A DNA stretch of 64,000 nucleotides from an uncultured delta proteobacterium (GTDB lineage: Bacteria; Desulfobacterota; Binatia; UBA9968): NCBI GenBank assembly GCA_963847445.1, contig CAWJZV010000007.1, positions 192,001-256,000 of the forward strand, read 5' to 3'. The notes under the pieces were generated by a model, which was not told the origin of the DNA, made no database searches, and saw only the letters and a list, made by a program, of their open reading frames with translations. This document shows, piece by piece, positions 30,090 through 41,697 of this stretch (the stretch's first letter is position 1; each line of letters opens with the position of its first letter). The position numbers and the translations under genes were made by a program.

Positions 30090-32148
30090 TTAACTCTCAA
30101 GCAGTGGTTTTAATTCATCCCAACTTGTCACCGGTGCCGAGCAGGTCGAGTCATGGCACACGTAGACCGTCGGGTTTCCGCCAACTTGTGATTTTCCCCG
30201 CAACAACGGCGATAGCTTCTCCAGCGATTCATTGGGACGCGCCAGCTGAAGCGTCATGTTCGGTTGGTAGACCGAATGGATCTTCGTCAACAACTCCTCG
30301 ACTCGCACGTCACCTCGTTCGCCAATGATCACGACCTCTTTGGGTTTCTCCAGGTACAAATCCAAGGCGCATAACAAATGCGCGAAACCGAACGGCTGGT
30401 TCTCCATGGCGTCATAGTAAGAGCGCAGCACTTTTTCCGCATGGTGAAAATAGCGCTCCTCTCCGGTGATATGGGACAAGCGCAGCAACAGCTGCGTCGC
30501 CATCGCGTTGCCCGAGGGAATCGACGCATCGAAGATCGGTTTGGCCCGGCTGATCAGTTTCTCATGCGAATTGCCGGTGGAGAAAAACCCGCCGTCCTGT
30601 TCGTCCCAAAATTCCCGCAGCATGATCTCAGCGAGTTCAATCGCCCGCGCCAATGCCGAACGGTCAAATAGCGCCTCATAGATATCAAGCAAGCCGACCG
30701 CCGTGAATGCGTAGTCATCGAGGTAACCCAACAGCTTCGCCTGGCCGTTTTTGTAGGTGTGCAAAAGAAAACCGTCACGAAATAATTTTGTAAAAATAAA
30801 CTCGATGGTGCGCTGCGCCGCATCAATATATGCAGGTTGCGGAGAAATCTTGATCGCCTCAGCCAGCCCGGAAAGCATCAGCCCGTTCCATGCGGTGATA
30901 ATTTTCTCGTCGCGAAACGGCTTGATGCGTTTTTCGCGCTCGATGAACAGTTTTTGCTTCGCGTGCAGCGATGACCCGTTCGATCTCACCCAGCTCCATG
31001 CGAAAATACTTGCTCGCCTGTTCGAGGGTAAGAATCGGATGGATAATATTCTTCTCTTCGAAGTTACCGCTCTCGCTGACATCGTAGATCCGGCAAAAGA
31101 TCGCGCCGTCGACTTCACCGAGAATTTGCATGACCTCGGCTTCGCTCCAGACGAAGAATTTTCCTTCAACGCCTTCGCTGTCGGCGTCCTGCGTCGAATA
31201 AAACCCGCCTTCAGGCTGAAACATCTCGCGCAGCAGATAAGTCACAGTTTCGTCGACGACTGCTTTGAACAGCGGCTCCCGGGTGGCCTTGAACGCATGC
31301 GCATAAATACGCACCAGCTGGCCATTGTCGTAGAGCATTTTTTCAAAATGCGGCACCAGCCATTTGGCATCGACGGAGTAGCGATGAAAGCCGCCGCCAA
31401 GGTGATCGTAGATGCCGCCACGAGCCATCTTGGTCAGAGTCTGCGTGACCATCTCCAGATATCGCGAACTGTTTGAGTGATGGTAGTGGCGCAAGAACAG
31501 TTCATAGACGCCGGCATTGGGAAACTTGGGCGCTTGGCCGAGACCGCCGTTATCGGCGTCATAAGCCTGGGCAACTTTCGCCGCACCCTCGGCAATGATC
31601 GTCTTGGAAAATGTTTTGTCAGTCTCCGCGGACTCCGCCATGCGCTGCAATGCGCCGAGAATCTCCGTGACACTCTTCTCGACATCCGCGGGACGTTCGC
31701 GATAGGCTTGATTCACTCCCATGAGCACCCGCGCAAAGCCCGGCATGCCGCCCCGGTCCTCCGGCGGAAAATAGGTACCGCCATAAAAGGGCTTGCGATC
31801 CGGCGTCAGAAACATGGTCATCGGCCAACCGCCGCGCCCGGTGAGCATTTGCACCGCGCTCATATAAATCTCATCGAGATCCGGGCGCTCTTCCCGGTCG
31901 ACCTTGATATTGACGAACAGCTCGTTCATCAAGCGCGCGATCTCTTCGTTCTCGAAAGATTCGCGCTCCATCACATGACACCAGTGACAGGCGGAATAGC
32001 CGATGCTCAGCAGAATCGGTTTGTCTTCCGCCTTCGCCTTTTCGAACGCGTCCTCACCCCAGGCATACCAATCCACCGGATTATGCGCGTGTTGCAGCAA
32101 ATACGGACTGGTCTCGTGAATCAACCGATTGGTATGTTTGTGTTCCAT
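30090..32148 (-). CDS. yyaL: Thioredoxin domain-containing protein YyaL/SSP411 (DUF255; frameshift near 30960)
   Basis: [59 protein letters not shown]. Confidence 0.93.
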
Positions 32149-32159
32149 TGAATCTAAAC

Positions 32160-32270
32160 ATTCCCCGCAGCTTGCTGCGGGGTCCATCAAATGGGGAATC
32201 CAAAGGAGGCGAGCATCCCCTCTGGTCGCGTGAGGGGTCAATACCCCGTACGCGAAATGCCTTGTTTATT
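32160..32270. repeat. Hairpin-ended non-coding remnant, IS200/IS605-end-like
   Basis: CCCCGCAGCTTGCTGCGGGG hairpin plus GGGGTCAATACCCC hairpin between yyaL and csp. Confidence 0.4.
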
Positions 32271-32277
32271 GATATCT

Positions 32278-32481
32278 TCAGCGCACTTTCAGATCGAACG
32301 CCACCGGACCTTTGTCGCCCTTGCGGGTTTGGAACTGCACCGTGTCGCCTTCGTTGATATCCTCGATCTGCACTCGCGGCGCTAAGCTGCTGCGATGAAA
32401 GAACACATCCTCGCTGCTATCGTCCGGCTTGATAAACCCAAAACCTTTATCACGCATGATTTTCTTGATTACACCGGTCAT
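32278..32481 (-). CDS. Cold shock domain protein
   Basis: KGFGFI (RNP1) and VFFH (RNP2), KGPVA. Confidence 0.92.
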   Translation of the reverse strand: MTGVIKKIMRDKGFGFIKPDDSSEDVFFHRSSLAPRVQIEDINEGDTVQFQTRKGDKGPVAFDLKVR

Positions 32482-32518
32482 CCTATCACCTCTTCCCTGC
32501 GCCTAGCGCAGCGCTGGC

Positions 32519-32547
32519 TTGACAATTCCTGAGCCGCTCCCTAGTTT
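32519..32547 (+). promoter_or_regulatory. Putative sigma-70 promoter
   Basis: TTGACA-17 nt-TAGTTT upstream of 32580; TTGACAAT...ATTGTCAA inverted repeat overlaps it. Confidence 0.45.
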
Positions 32548-32579
32548 GAGATTGTCAATTTCATACAACTAAAAGCCGC

Positions 32580-33661
32580 TTGAGTTCAATTCTCTATTAT
32601 ATAACCGGTCACGGCTTCGGCCACGCCGTGCGCTCGCAACAAGTAGTGCGCGCTCTGCTGGCAATCCGGCCGGAGCTGCGGATTCACGTCCGCACCACCG
32701 CGCCGGAGTGGATTTTTCACGACACAATCACGCCGATCCATTATTCGCGCCAAGCCATCGATACCGGCATCGTCCAAGCCGACAGTCTGCACATGGAGTT
32801 GGCGGCAACGCTCGCCGTCTGTCGTGCCATCTATGCCAACCCGCAGAAGCTCATCGATCAAGAATTGGCATTCGTTAAGGCCAACGCGATCGATCTCATC
32901 GTCGCCGACACCCCGCCGCTCGCTTTTGAGATCGCCGCCCAAGCGGGTGTGCCGTCCGTCTCCATCACCAATTTTACCTGGGACGTGATCTATCGCGCTT
33001 ATGTAGAAGCGTACCCCGAATTCGCGCCCTTGATCGACACCATGACTCAATGTTACGGCAAAGCCACGCATGCGCTTACCCTACCATATCCTTGCGACAC
33101 CGCCATGTTTCCGCGCCAGCAAAGGATCCCGTGGATTGCCCGAACATCAGAATTAACCAAGAGCAGGCGCGCCAGGCTTTCGCCCTACCGCAGACAGCAA
33201 CCATCGTGTTGCTCAGCTTCGGCGGCCTGGGTCTCGATCGTTTACCGTGGAAACAAATGGCGCGGCAGCGGGAATACTTTTTTGTCATGACCGGAACCGG
33301 CCATCGACGCGAGAGCAATCTCCTGACCTTGCCGGAAACCCAAACTCACTACCAAGACCTGCTACGCGCGGCTGACGCGATCGTCACCAAACCCGGCTAT
33401 GGAATCGTCGCCGATGTGCTGGCCCAGCACGTGCCGATCCTGTACACCGATCGCGGCGACTTCGCCGAATATCCGCAGCTGGTAGCGGCGTTAAGCGACT
33501 GCGCCACGGCGGAGTTTATTCCACAGCAGGAGCTTCTGCGCGGCAATCTATCGCCCTATCTCAGTCGTTTGCTGGCCAAACCGCCGCATTGGCCCGACAT
33601 TGAATTGAACGGCGCCCAGGTCGCAGCGCAGAAGATTCTCGCGATGTTAGATCCGGCGTGA
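32580..33661 (+). CDS. GT-B glycosyltransferase-like protein (similar to the L-arabinokinase N-terminal domain; frameshift near 33160)
   Basis: YYITGHGFGHAVR, NFTWD, LLSFGGLG, VTKPGYGIV, RGDFAE. Confidence 0.7.
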
Positions 33662-33723
33662 TTACCAGTGCGCCCTACGAGTTGACACTGTCGGCCGACT
33701 CAGCCAGACTCGAAAACAACTCT

Positions 33724-34663
33724 ATGGCCATTGAAAAAGTGATTCTCGCCAAACCCCGCGGCTTTTGTGCCGGCGTCGAAATGGCAATCGAGAGCGTCGA
33801 TCGGGCCTTGGCACAACATGGCGCGCCGCTCTACGTGTTTCATGAGATCGTCCACAATCAGTATGTCGTCGATAATTTCAAACAAAAAGGTGTCGTGTTT
33901 GTCAACTCGATCGCCGAAGTGCCGGCGGGATCGAATGTTATCTTCAGCGCCCACGGCGTCTCGCCGGCCATCTGGCAGCAGGCCAAAGAAAAACAGTTAC
34001 ACTGGGTCATCGACGCCACCTGTCCGCTGGTCGACAAAGTCCACCGCGAGGTACGCAAATTTGTCGCCCAAGACTACTGGATAATCCTGGTCGGCCACCG
34101 CGACCATGACGAGATTGTCGGCACTAGCGGCGAAGCGCCGCAGCGCACGCTGGTCGTCGAGAACGTCGCCGAAGCCAAAGCGATCATGCCGCCGAATCCG
34201 GAGAAACTCGTGGTCCTCACGCAAACGACACTGAGCGTCGATGACACCAAGGAAATCATTGACGTCCTCAAGCAGCGCTTTCCCAAGATGATCACGCCGG
34301 CCAAAGGAGGACATCTGCTACGCCACGCAAAACCGCCAGGACGCGGTCAAGCAATTGGCGCTGCACGTCGATCTGGTTCTGGTCATTGGTTCGAAGAATA
34401 GTGAAAACTCCAATCAACTGGTAAAAGTCGCCCGCGCCCTGGGCAAGCCGGCATACCTCATCGACGACCAGAGCGCCATCGACGCGCAATGGTTGAAGGG
34501 AATTTCAATAGTCGGCATCACTTCCGGCGCATCGGTGCCGGAACAACTGGTCCAACAGGCCGTGGAGTTTTTTCAAAGCCAAGGCGCAACGGTGGAACAA
34601 CTCGGCTTAGTCGAAGAGAATATCCATTTTGCCCTACCCAGCGAGGTTACCGCCCTACAGTAA
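33724..34663 (+). CDS. ispH: 4-hydroxy-3-methylbut-2-enyl diphosphate reductase (frameshift near 34308)
   Basis: PRGFCAGV, EIVHN, SAHGV, DATCPLV, QTTLS, ICYATQNRQ, GITSGAS. Confidence 0.95.
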
Positions 34664-34706
34664 TCGATATCTGGCTGGCGATTCTAAACGGAATGAAGGA
34701 GTCCCC

Positions 34707-35099
34707 ATGGCGCGCATCGTTCACATCGCCGTCAAAGTTGACGATTTAGAAAAGGCCACGGAGTTTTACGAAAAGACCTTTGGCTTCGTCGAAGTGCAAA
34801 CCGGCCAAGTCCGTGACCATACGTCGCGCCACCTGAGCGACGGCGCCATCGACCTCGCTCTGATCAAATATGACAGCGAAGATTCGGCCGAATCCCGCGC
34901 CGCCGGTCTGGGACCATGCATCCATCACTTCGGCATCGAAGTCGACGACATGAAAATGTCGGCCGCCGAGTTGGCAAAATACGGCTGTGAAATCATCAGC
35001 GCACCGGGCGTGATCCCGATCAAATTCCGCGCCCCCGGCGGCACGGTCGCGGAAATCTCACCCAAAGCGCGCTACAAGCAGACAAAAGACAACTCCTAA
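34707..35099 (+). CDS. VOC/glyoxalase family protein
   Basis: IVHIAVKVDDLEKATEFY, HHFGIEVDD, terminal E; AAGGAG RBS. Confidence 0.85.
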   Translation: MARIVHIAVKVDDLEKATEFYEKTFGFVEVQTGQVRDHTSRHLSDGAIDLALIKYDSEDSAESRAAGLGPCIHHFGIEVDDMKMSAAELAKYGCEIISAPGVIPIKFRAPGGTVAEISPKARYKQTKDNS

Positions 35100-35121
35100 C
35101 TAAAACGAAGGAGCATCGACA

Positions 35122-35591
35122 ATGCCGCTACATTGCAAGGCCGAGAATATTCCTAATCGCCAAGTCGTCCGCAGCGGCGAACAGGGCGTCGGGTCGATGG
35201 TTGTTAAACGCGCCTACGGCCGCGAATGCAGCTTGATGCACGCGGTGCGCGCACCGGGCTATCACACCACGCCTCACGCCCATGCCGCCGAGCAGCTCAA
35301 TCATGTGCTCCATGGCGAGATTTGGTTCTTCGTCGAAAATGAAGGGTTTCTTTGCAAAGCCGGCGACTTCCAGCGCGTGCCGTCTAACAAGATTCACTGG
35401 GCGTGGAACCGTTCCAACGCCGATGCCATCGTCGTCGAGGCCCATTCTCCGGCGCTGGTCGCCGGGCCGCAGAGCGAAGGCTCCATCGGTCTCTTCGCGA
35501 CGGGGAAATCGCCGAAGCGAAAGAGCCGAGCCAAAACAACTTCGTGGCTTACGACTGGCAGGGCGTCGAACGAAAAATATTTGGCGGCTAG
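35122..35591 (+). CDS. Cupin domain protein (frameshift near 35505)
   Basis: PHAHAAEQLNHVLHGEI, GDFQRVPSNKIH. Confidence 0.8.
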
Positions 35592-35934
35592 TCATTTCCA
35601 TAGCGCCAAACCTCGCTATGCTTTAAACCGAAAATGCGCAGTTCTGCCTCAGCAACCCATCCGGCGAGGGGTTAGCCGGGAGCAGTGAAGCCACTGAACT
35701 GCATAGTCGCAAGTCATCCTTCACGCGCAGCGCTAAACTTACTCTTACCTCACGCGCCAAGCGGACCCACCCAAGTCACAGCCAGGCAGAGGTAGAGACC
35801 CATTGGCTTCACCGCAGAGGGCTTGCCCCTTGCCGCCCTCCTCACCTCCAGCCGCGATCAGGAGCGAAAGCGATGGCCATAGACAAATTCACTTGTGAAA
35901 AATTCCGATCAGGGGTAATAACCGCACACAGCCG

Positions 35935-36405
35935 ATGCTCCCTGGAATTCGCGATAAGACCGGTTTCACTGCCGCACTGTGCCTAGCTGTATTCGGCGTT
36001 TATGTCACATACACCGGCTCGAAGCTCGCCTATGTATCGGATGTCGGTCCCGGACCGGGCTTCTTTCCGTTCTGGATCGGCACCGGCCTACTGCTGTTTG
36101 CCTGCTACCAGACGATTCTGAGCTTGTCGGCGCCGCGACAGCAAAGCGAAACAGCCGAGCTTAGCTGGCGCGGCTCCGGTCGCGCCCTCGCCGGCTGGCT
36201 CACCATGGCGCTATCGATTTTTCTTTACCGTTGGCTCGGCTTCGCCGCCAGTTTCGTGCTCCTGACAGTCTTTTTTATCGCCGTGATCGAACGCCGGCCC
36301 GCCTTGCCCGCGCTTGGCATTGGCGTCGCCCTGGCTCTGACTTTTCATTTGCTCTTTGTTGTCGCGCTGGGAGTTTCATTGCCCGTCGGCCCCTGGGGTT
36401 TCTGA
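35935..36405 (+). CDS. tctB: Tripartite tricarboxylate transporter small subunit TctB
   Basis: GPGPGFFP, LGF, LFVVALGVSLPVG; 4-5 TM; TTGTGA-17-TAATAA promoter-like motif at 35893-35921. Confidence 0.85.
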   Translation: MLPGIRDKTGFTAALCLAVFGVYVTYTGSKLAYVSDVGPGPGFFPFWIGTGLLLFACYQTILSLSAPRQQSETAELSWRGSGRALAGWLTMALSIFLYRWLGFAASFVLLTVFFIAVIERRPALPALGIGVALALTFHLLFVVALGVSLPVGPWGF

Positions 36406-36428
36406 GTTTTTAAACAACTAGCGCAATC

Positions 36429-37941
36429 ATGGACGCACTGGCAAATCTTCTGCTGGGCTTTTCGGTGGCGCTGGCACCGGTCAATCTATTTTGGTGTTTT
36501 GTCGGCGTGGTTTTGGGCACCATCGTCGGTGTGCTCCCAGGCTTGGGACCGGCCGCCACCATCGCCATGTTGCTGCCGCTCACGCTCAAGATGGATCACA
36601 CCACGGCGATCATCACCTTGGCGGGGATTTTCTACGGCGCCCGTTACGGCGGCTCGACAACGTCGATATTGCTCAACATGCCGGGCGAGTCGTCTTCGGT
36701 TGCGACCTGTCTCGACGGCTACCAGATGGCCCGCAACGGCCGGGCCGGCGCCGCGTTGGGAATCTCCGCCATCGCTTCGTTTATCGCCGGCACCGTGGGC
36801 GTGCTCGGATTGATGCTGATCGCGCCGCCGCTGGCGCGTTTCGCTTTGCGTTTCGCCCCGCCGGAATATTTCGCCCTGATGGTCCTGGGCCTCGCCATGG
36901 TGGTATTTCTCGCCGGCGATTCCATGGTCAAAGCGCTGTTGGCGCTGCTTGTCGGTTTGTGGCTCGCCACCATCGGCACGGATTTGTTTACCGCCGAATC
37001 GCGCTTCACCTTCGGTCAGGCAAAACTGCTTGGCGGCGTCGATTTTATCGCCGCCACGGTCGGCATCTTCGCCGTCGGTGAAGTGCTGGTGAATTTAGAA
37101 TCCCGCGCCGGCGGCGAGATCGTCAAACTACCCAGGGGAATTAGAAATCTGTTGCCGACGCTGCAAGATCTCAAGGACTGCCGCTTCGCCTTTGTCAACG
37201 GTTCTTTAATCGGCTTTTTCGTCGGCGCGCTACCCGGCGCCGGTGCCACCGTCGCGTCCTTCTTATCCTACGGTCTGGAAAAGGCGGTATCGCGCCATCC
37301 GGAAAAATTCGGCACCGGCGTCATCGAAGGGGTCGCCGCCCCCGAGGGCGCCAACAACGCCGATGCCGGCGGCGCGCTGGTGCCCTTGCTGACTTTAGGC
37401 ATTCCCGGCGGTAACACGACGGCGATCTTGCTCGGTGGACTGATTTTATGGGGTTACAAACCCGGGCCGCTGCTGATCCAGGAACATCCGCAACTGTTTT
37501 GGGGACTGGTGGCGAGCATGTATGTGGGCAACTTCTTGCTCTTGGTGCTCAATCTGCCGCTGGTGCCGCTGTTCGCGCAGATTTTGCGCCTGCCCAGCTA
37601 TGTGCTCCATCCGTTCATCATCGGCATCTCCGTGGTCGGCGTCTATAGCGTCAATAACAGTCTTTTCGATGTCTGGATGATGGCACTGTTCGGTCTCTTG
37701 GGCTATTTAATGCGCAAGCTCGATTTCCCGGCCGCGGCATTGATCTTAGGTCTGGTTTTGGGCGATGTACTGGAACGGGCGCTGCGCCAGTCGTTAATGA
37801 TGTCCCAGGGCGATCTGGCGATTCTTGTAAATCGGCCGATCTCGGCGACCTTGTTGGCGATTGCCGTAGTGCTATTGTGTCTTCCCGCGCTGCGCTGGGT
37901 ACGCGCTTGGCGTGCCGACGCGGTGCGAACGGGAAGGTTAA
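36429..37941 (+). CDS. tctA: Tripartite tricarboxylate transporter large subunit TctA (3' end approximate)
   Basis: GVLPGLG, YGGSTTSILLNMPG, GVAAPEGANNA, LLTLGIPG, PGP. Confidence 0.92.
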
Positions 37942-37977
37942 AAGAAACTGTCAGCCAAAGAGGAAGGAGCCCCACCG

Positions 37978-38962
37978 ATGAGACGAATCAGCTATTTATT
38001 CCCCGTCGTGCTAGTTGGCGCCGCAACGCTATTACCGCGTCCCGGCGCAAGCCAGGAATTCAAACCGAGCAAGCAGATTGAAACCGTGGTCCACACCGGC
38101 CCCGGCGGCGGCTCGGATCTTTTCGCCCGTGCCATCGCCGAAATGCTGCAAAAAGAAAAACTGATTGCCCAGCGCATGCAGGTGGTCAACAAATCCGGCG
38201 GCGGCCCGGCCGTCGCCATGGCTTACCTCGCTGAGAAAAAGGCCGACACCCACACCGTTGGCTTTTACACGGGTGTCTGGGTGACTAATCCGTTGACCAC
38301 GGTTGAAGCGACGGTGACGTTGAAAGACTTGACGCCGATTACGCCGTTTGGTTTTGGAGCCGGCGGTGATCGCGGTCAAGGCCGACTCGCCTTATAAAAC
38401 CGTGAAGGATTTCGTCGAAGCGGCGAAGAAGAATCCTAAACAGCTCAATCAATCCGGCGGCACGATTCTTTCACGCGACAATCTCATGCGCCTGCTTTTG
38501 CAAAAAGCCACCGGCGCCCAGTGGAACTTTATTTCCTTCCCGAGCGGCGGTGAACGGTTGTCCAATCTACTCGGCGGCCATGTGCAAATGATGGTCATCG
38601 AACCGCAGGAAGCCGGAGAACAGATTCGCGCCGGCAACCTGCGGGTGATCGCGACGCTCACGGAAAAACGCTTGGCTTCACTGCCGAACGTGCCGACGAT
38701 CAAAGAGCAGGGCATCGACGTGCCGTTGATTCCCCAGGCACGCGGCCTGCTTCTGCCGCCGGCCGCGCCAAAAGAAGTCGTCGCCTATTGGGAAGGCGTG
38801 TTCGACGCTTTCGTGAAAACCCCGAGCTGGAAACAGTACGTCGAACAAAATCAGTTCGAAGATGCCTACCTCAAAGGCGCAGCGCTCAATAAATTCATCG
38901 ACGCCCTCAAAGATCAAATGCGCGAAGTGCTCAAAGAAGCCGGCGCCAAAGTGATTCGCTAA
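37978..38962 (+). CDS. tctC: Tripartite tricarboxylate transporter substrate-binding protein TctC (frameshift near 38345)
   Basis: Signal peptide, GPGGGSDLFAR, VVNKSGG, LLGGHV, PNVPTIKEQGIDV. Confidence 0.9.
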
Positions 38963-38971
38963 GGCAAGGCA

Positions 38972-40341
38972 ATGAATGCAACCCAGACCCTGGCGCGCTA
39001 CGCGCTCAAACTACGCTACCGCGACATTCCCAGCGAAGTGATCGAGCGCGCCAAGGCGTGCATCCTCGATACTCTGGCCGTTTCGCTCTATGGCTCGACC
39101 AAGCCGTGGAGCAAAACCGTCAGCGAATTTGTCCGCAGCGCCGGCTCGAAAGGCAACGCCACCGTCTTCGGCGCCAAGCAAAAAGCGTCTCCGGAACGTG
39201 CCGCCCTGGCCAATGGCACCATGGCCCATGCCTTCGAACTCGACAATGTCCGCCAACCCGGAGCAGGTGTTCATCCCGGCGCGACGGCTTTTTTGCCAGC
39301 CTTCGCCGTGGCGGAAAATGAAAAGGCCGATGGCAAAGCGTTGCTTACGGCATTCGTCGCCGGCTGTGAGGTGATGTCGCGCATCGGAGTCGCCGCTGGC
39401 AATTCTCTCGAGCGGCGCGGTTTTCATGCGCCTGGATTGACCGGCACCTTCGGCGCCGCCGTCGCCGCCGGCCGATTGTTAAAGCTCGAACGAAAAACAG
39501 TTGGTCAACGCCTTGGGCATCGCCGGTTCCTACTCCGGCGGCTTGATCGAATTCTCGCGCTGCCAGGAAGGCGCCATGATCAAGCGGCTGCATCTTGGCA
39601 AGGCCGCCGAGGGCGGCGTCACCGCGGCGCTGTTGGCCAGCCGCGGCTTCGCCGGTCCCGAAAGCGTGCTCGAAGGCAAATTCGGTTTCTGCCAGAGCTT
39701 TTCCGATTCGCCTAAGCTGGAATATCTAACTCATCGCTTGGGCAAAGAATGGGAGAGCATGAACATCTGCATCAAGCGTTGCGCCTGTCATATCAACGCC
39801 CACGCACCGATTGAAGCATTGCAAAATCTGCGCGCCGAGCTTGGCTTCCGCCCCGAGGACATTCGCGCCATCACCATCGGCGGCATTGAAAAACTGCTCA
39901 GCCATCACGCCAACTACCAACCCACCGATCTGATGATGGCGCAGTACAGCATTCCCTTTTGTGCCGCCCTGAGCGTTTATTTCGATCCCACCGATCCGGC
40001 GAGCTTCGACGCGGGCAAACTCAAGAACAAAAAGATCGCCGCGCTGATGCGCAAGATTCACCTCGAAGTGGATCACGAAATCGAAGAAAAAGGCTGGGAC
40101 CGTGCCGCGCGGGTGACCATCGAACTCGCCGACAAGCGGCGTGAATCGAAGCTGGTCATCCATTTCAAAGGCACGCCGCACAATCCACTGAGCGCCGCAG
40201 AAGTACAAGCCAAAGCAAGCAAACTTACGCGCGGGATTATCACCGAGCGGCAGTTAGATGAAGCTGGTGAATCTGGTCGAGCATTTAGAAAAAGTCGCCG
40301 ATGTCGGACAAATCGGCGACCTGTTACGCGGCGCAAGATGA
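38972..40341 (+). CDS. MmgE/PrpD family protein (frameshifted)
   Basis: ALANGTMAHAFELD, HPG, RGFH, KRLHLGKAA, LEGKFGF, AQYSIPF, KGTPHNPL. Confidence 0.88.
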
Positions 40342-41459
40342 AAATTGCTGCGATCGACGGTTATGCGCTGATTCTGCCGGTAAAGGAAATCTACGGCGGT
40401 GCCGCCGGCTATCTCGAAGACTGCCGGACCCTCATCATCAGGGTCGAAACCGACAATGGCATCGAGGGTTGGGGCGAAGCCACCCAAGGCCGCCCCGGCA
40501 ACACCTATGAGACATTGGAAACCATGGCGATCATGGTGCGGCGCTATTTCGCGCCGGCGCTGATCGGCATGGACGTCGAAGAAACCGGCGCGGTAATAAA
40601 CCAACTGCATGGCGTGCGCTCTGGTCATCCGATCAGCTAAAGCCGGCGTTGAAATCGCCATCTACGATGCCGTGGCGAAATTTTATAAGCTGCCGCTCTA
40701 TCGTCTGCTCGGCGGCCCCTACCGGCGCCAGATCGAATTGGTCGGCGGCCTCGGCATGGATCTCGGCGCCGAGACCATCGGCGCCAAGGCTCAGCAGTTG
40801 AAACAAGACGGTTATCGCCAGTTCAAACTCAAGATCGGTCATAAAGATTTGCAAAAAGATATCGACCGCGTTCGTGCTGTCCGAGAGGTGGTTGGCGACG
40901 AAGCGTCGATTCGCGTCGATGGCAATGCCAGCTATTCATTCGCCGACGCCCGCGAGTTATTGAATGCTTTGAGCTGTTATCACCTATCCGACGCTGAGCA
41001 GCCTTTGGCGCGTGGCGATTTAAAAAGCTTAGCCGAACTGCGCCGCGCCGTCGGCGTGCCCATCGCCGCCCAGGAAAGCGTCACCTCGCCTGAAGACGCA
41101 TTGGCGCGTGCTCGAAGCCGGCGCCGCCGATCTGTTGAAAATCAAGCTTACCCATATCGGCGGCTTTCGACGCGCGTTGCAAGTTGCCGCCATAGTCGGT
41201 GCCAAAGCGTCTGCCGGTGGTCATCGGCCAAGGTAGTGCCTGCACGCCGATCCTGTCGGCAGCGGAAATGCACCTGCACGCGGCGATGAACAACGCCCAA
41301 CCGGGCGGCGAAATGACCGGCTTCCTACGGCTCGGCGAGCAAGATATTTTAAGCGGGATCGAGTTGAAGCATGCGCGCGCGACACTCACGAACAGAGCCG
41401 GTCTAGGCATCACGGTGAATCGAGAAAAATTGGCGCAACAAGCAGCTAACAATTTCTAG
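40338..41459 (+). CDS. Muconate lactonizing enzyme-like enolase superfamily protein (frameshifted)
   Basis: ETDNGIEGWGEA, AKAGVEIAIYD, KLKIG, DGN, EQP, QES, GLGI. Confidence 0.85.
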
Positions 41460-41519
41460 CGGTGCAATCGATCATTCTTTCCGAGTCATTCCGCAATATT
41501 GCATAGATTTTAAGGCATG

Positions 41520-41555
41520 TGCTTGAAAAATAGGCATCAGCCTAATTGTCGAGCA
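41520..41555. promoter_or_regulatory. Tandem NtrC-like enhancer-binding sites
   Basis: TGCTTGAAAAATAGGCA (41520-36) and AGCCTAATTGTCGAGCA (41539-55), 17-bp TGC-N11-GCA-type, upstream of a sigma-54 promoter. Confidence 0.55.
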
Positions 41556-41608
41556 TCGGCATTGCTGCGGAAGCAATCGATAAATCTATGAAATTTTTCA
41601 TGAACTTA

Positions 41609-41624
41609 TGGCATAACGGTTGCT
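41609..41624 (+). promoter_or_regulatory. Sigma-54 (-24/-12) promoter of the amt-glnA-PII cluster
   Basis: TGGCATAACGGTTGCT matches TGGCAC-N5-TTGCW. Confidence 0.8.
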
Positions 41625-41697
41625 CCAGAAGACCATAGAGTTATCGATCAACTTTCTAGCGCCTATTATTCTTGCAACTAAACGGGGAGGTTCGGTT

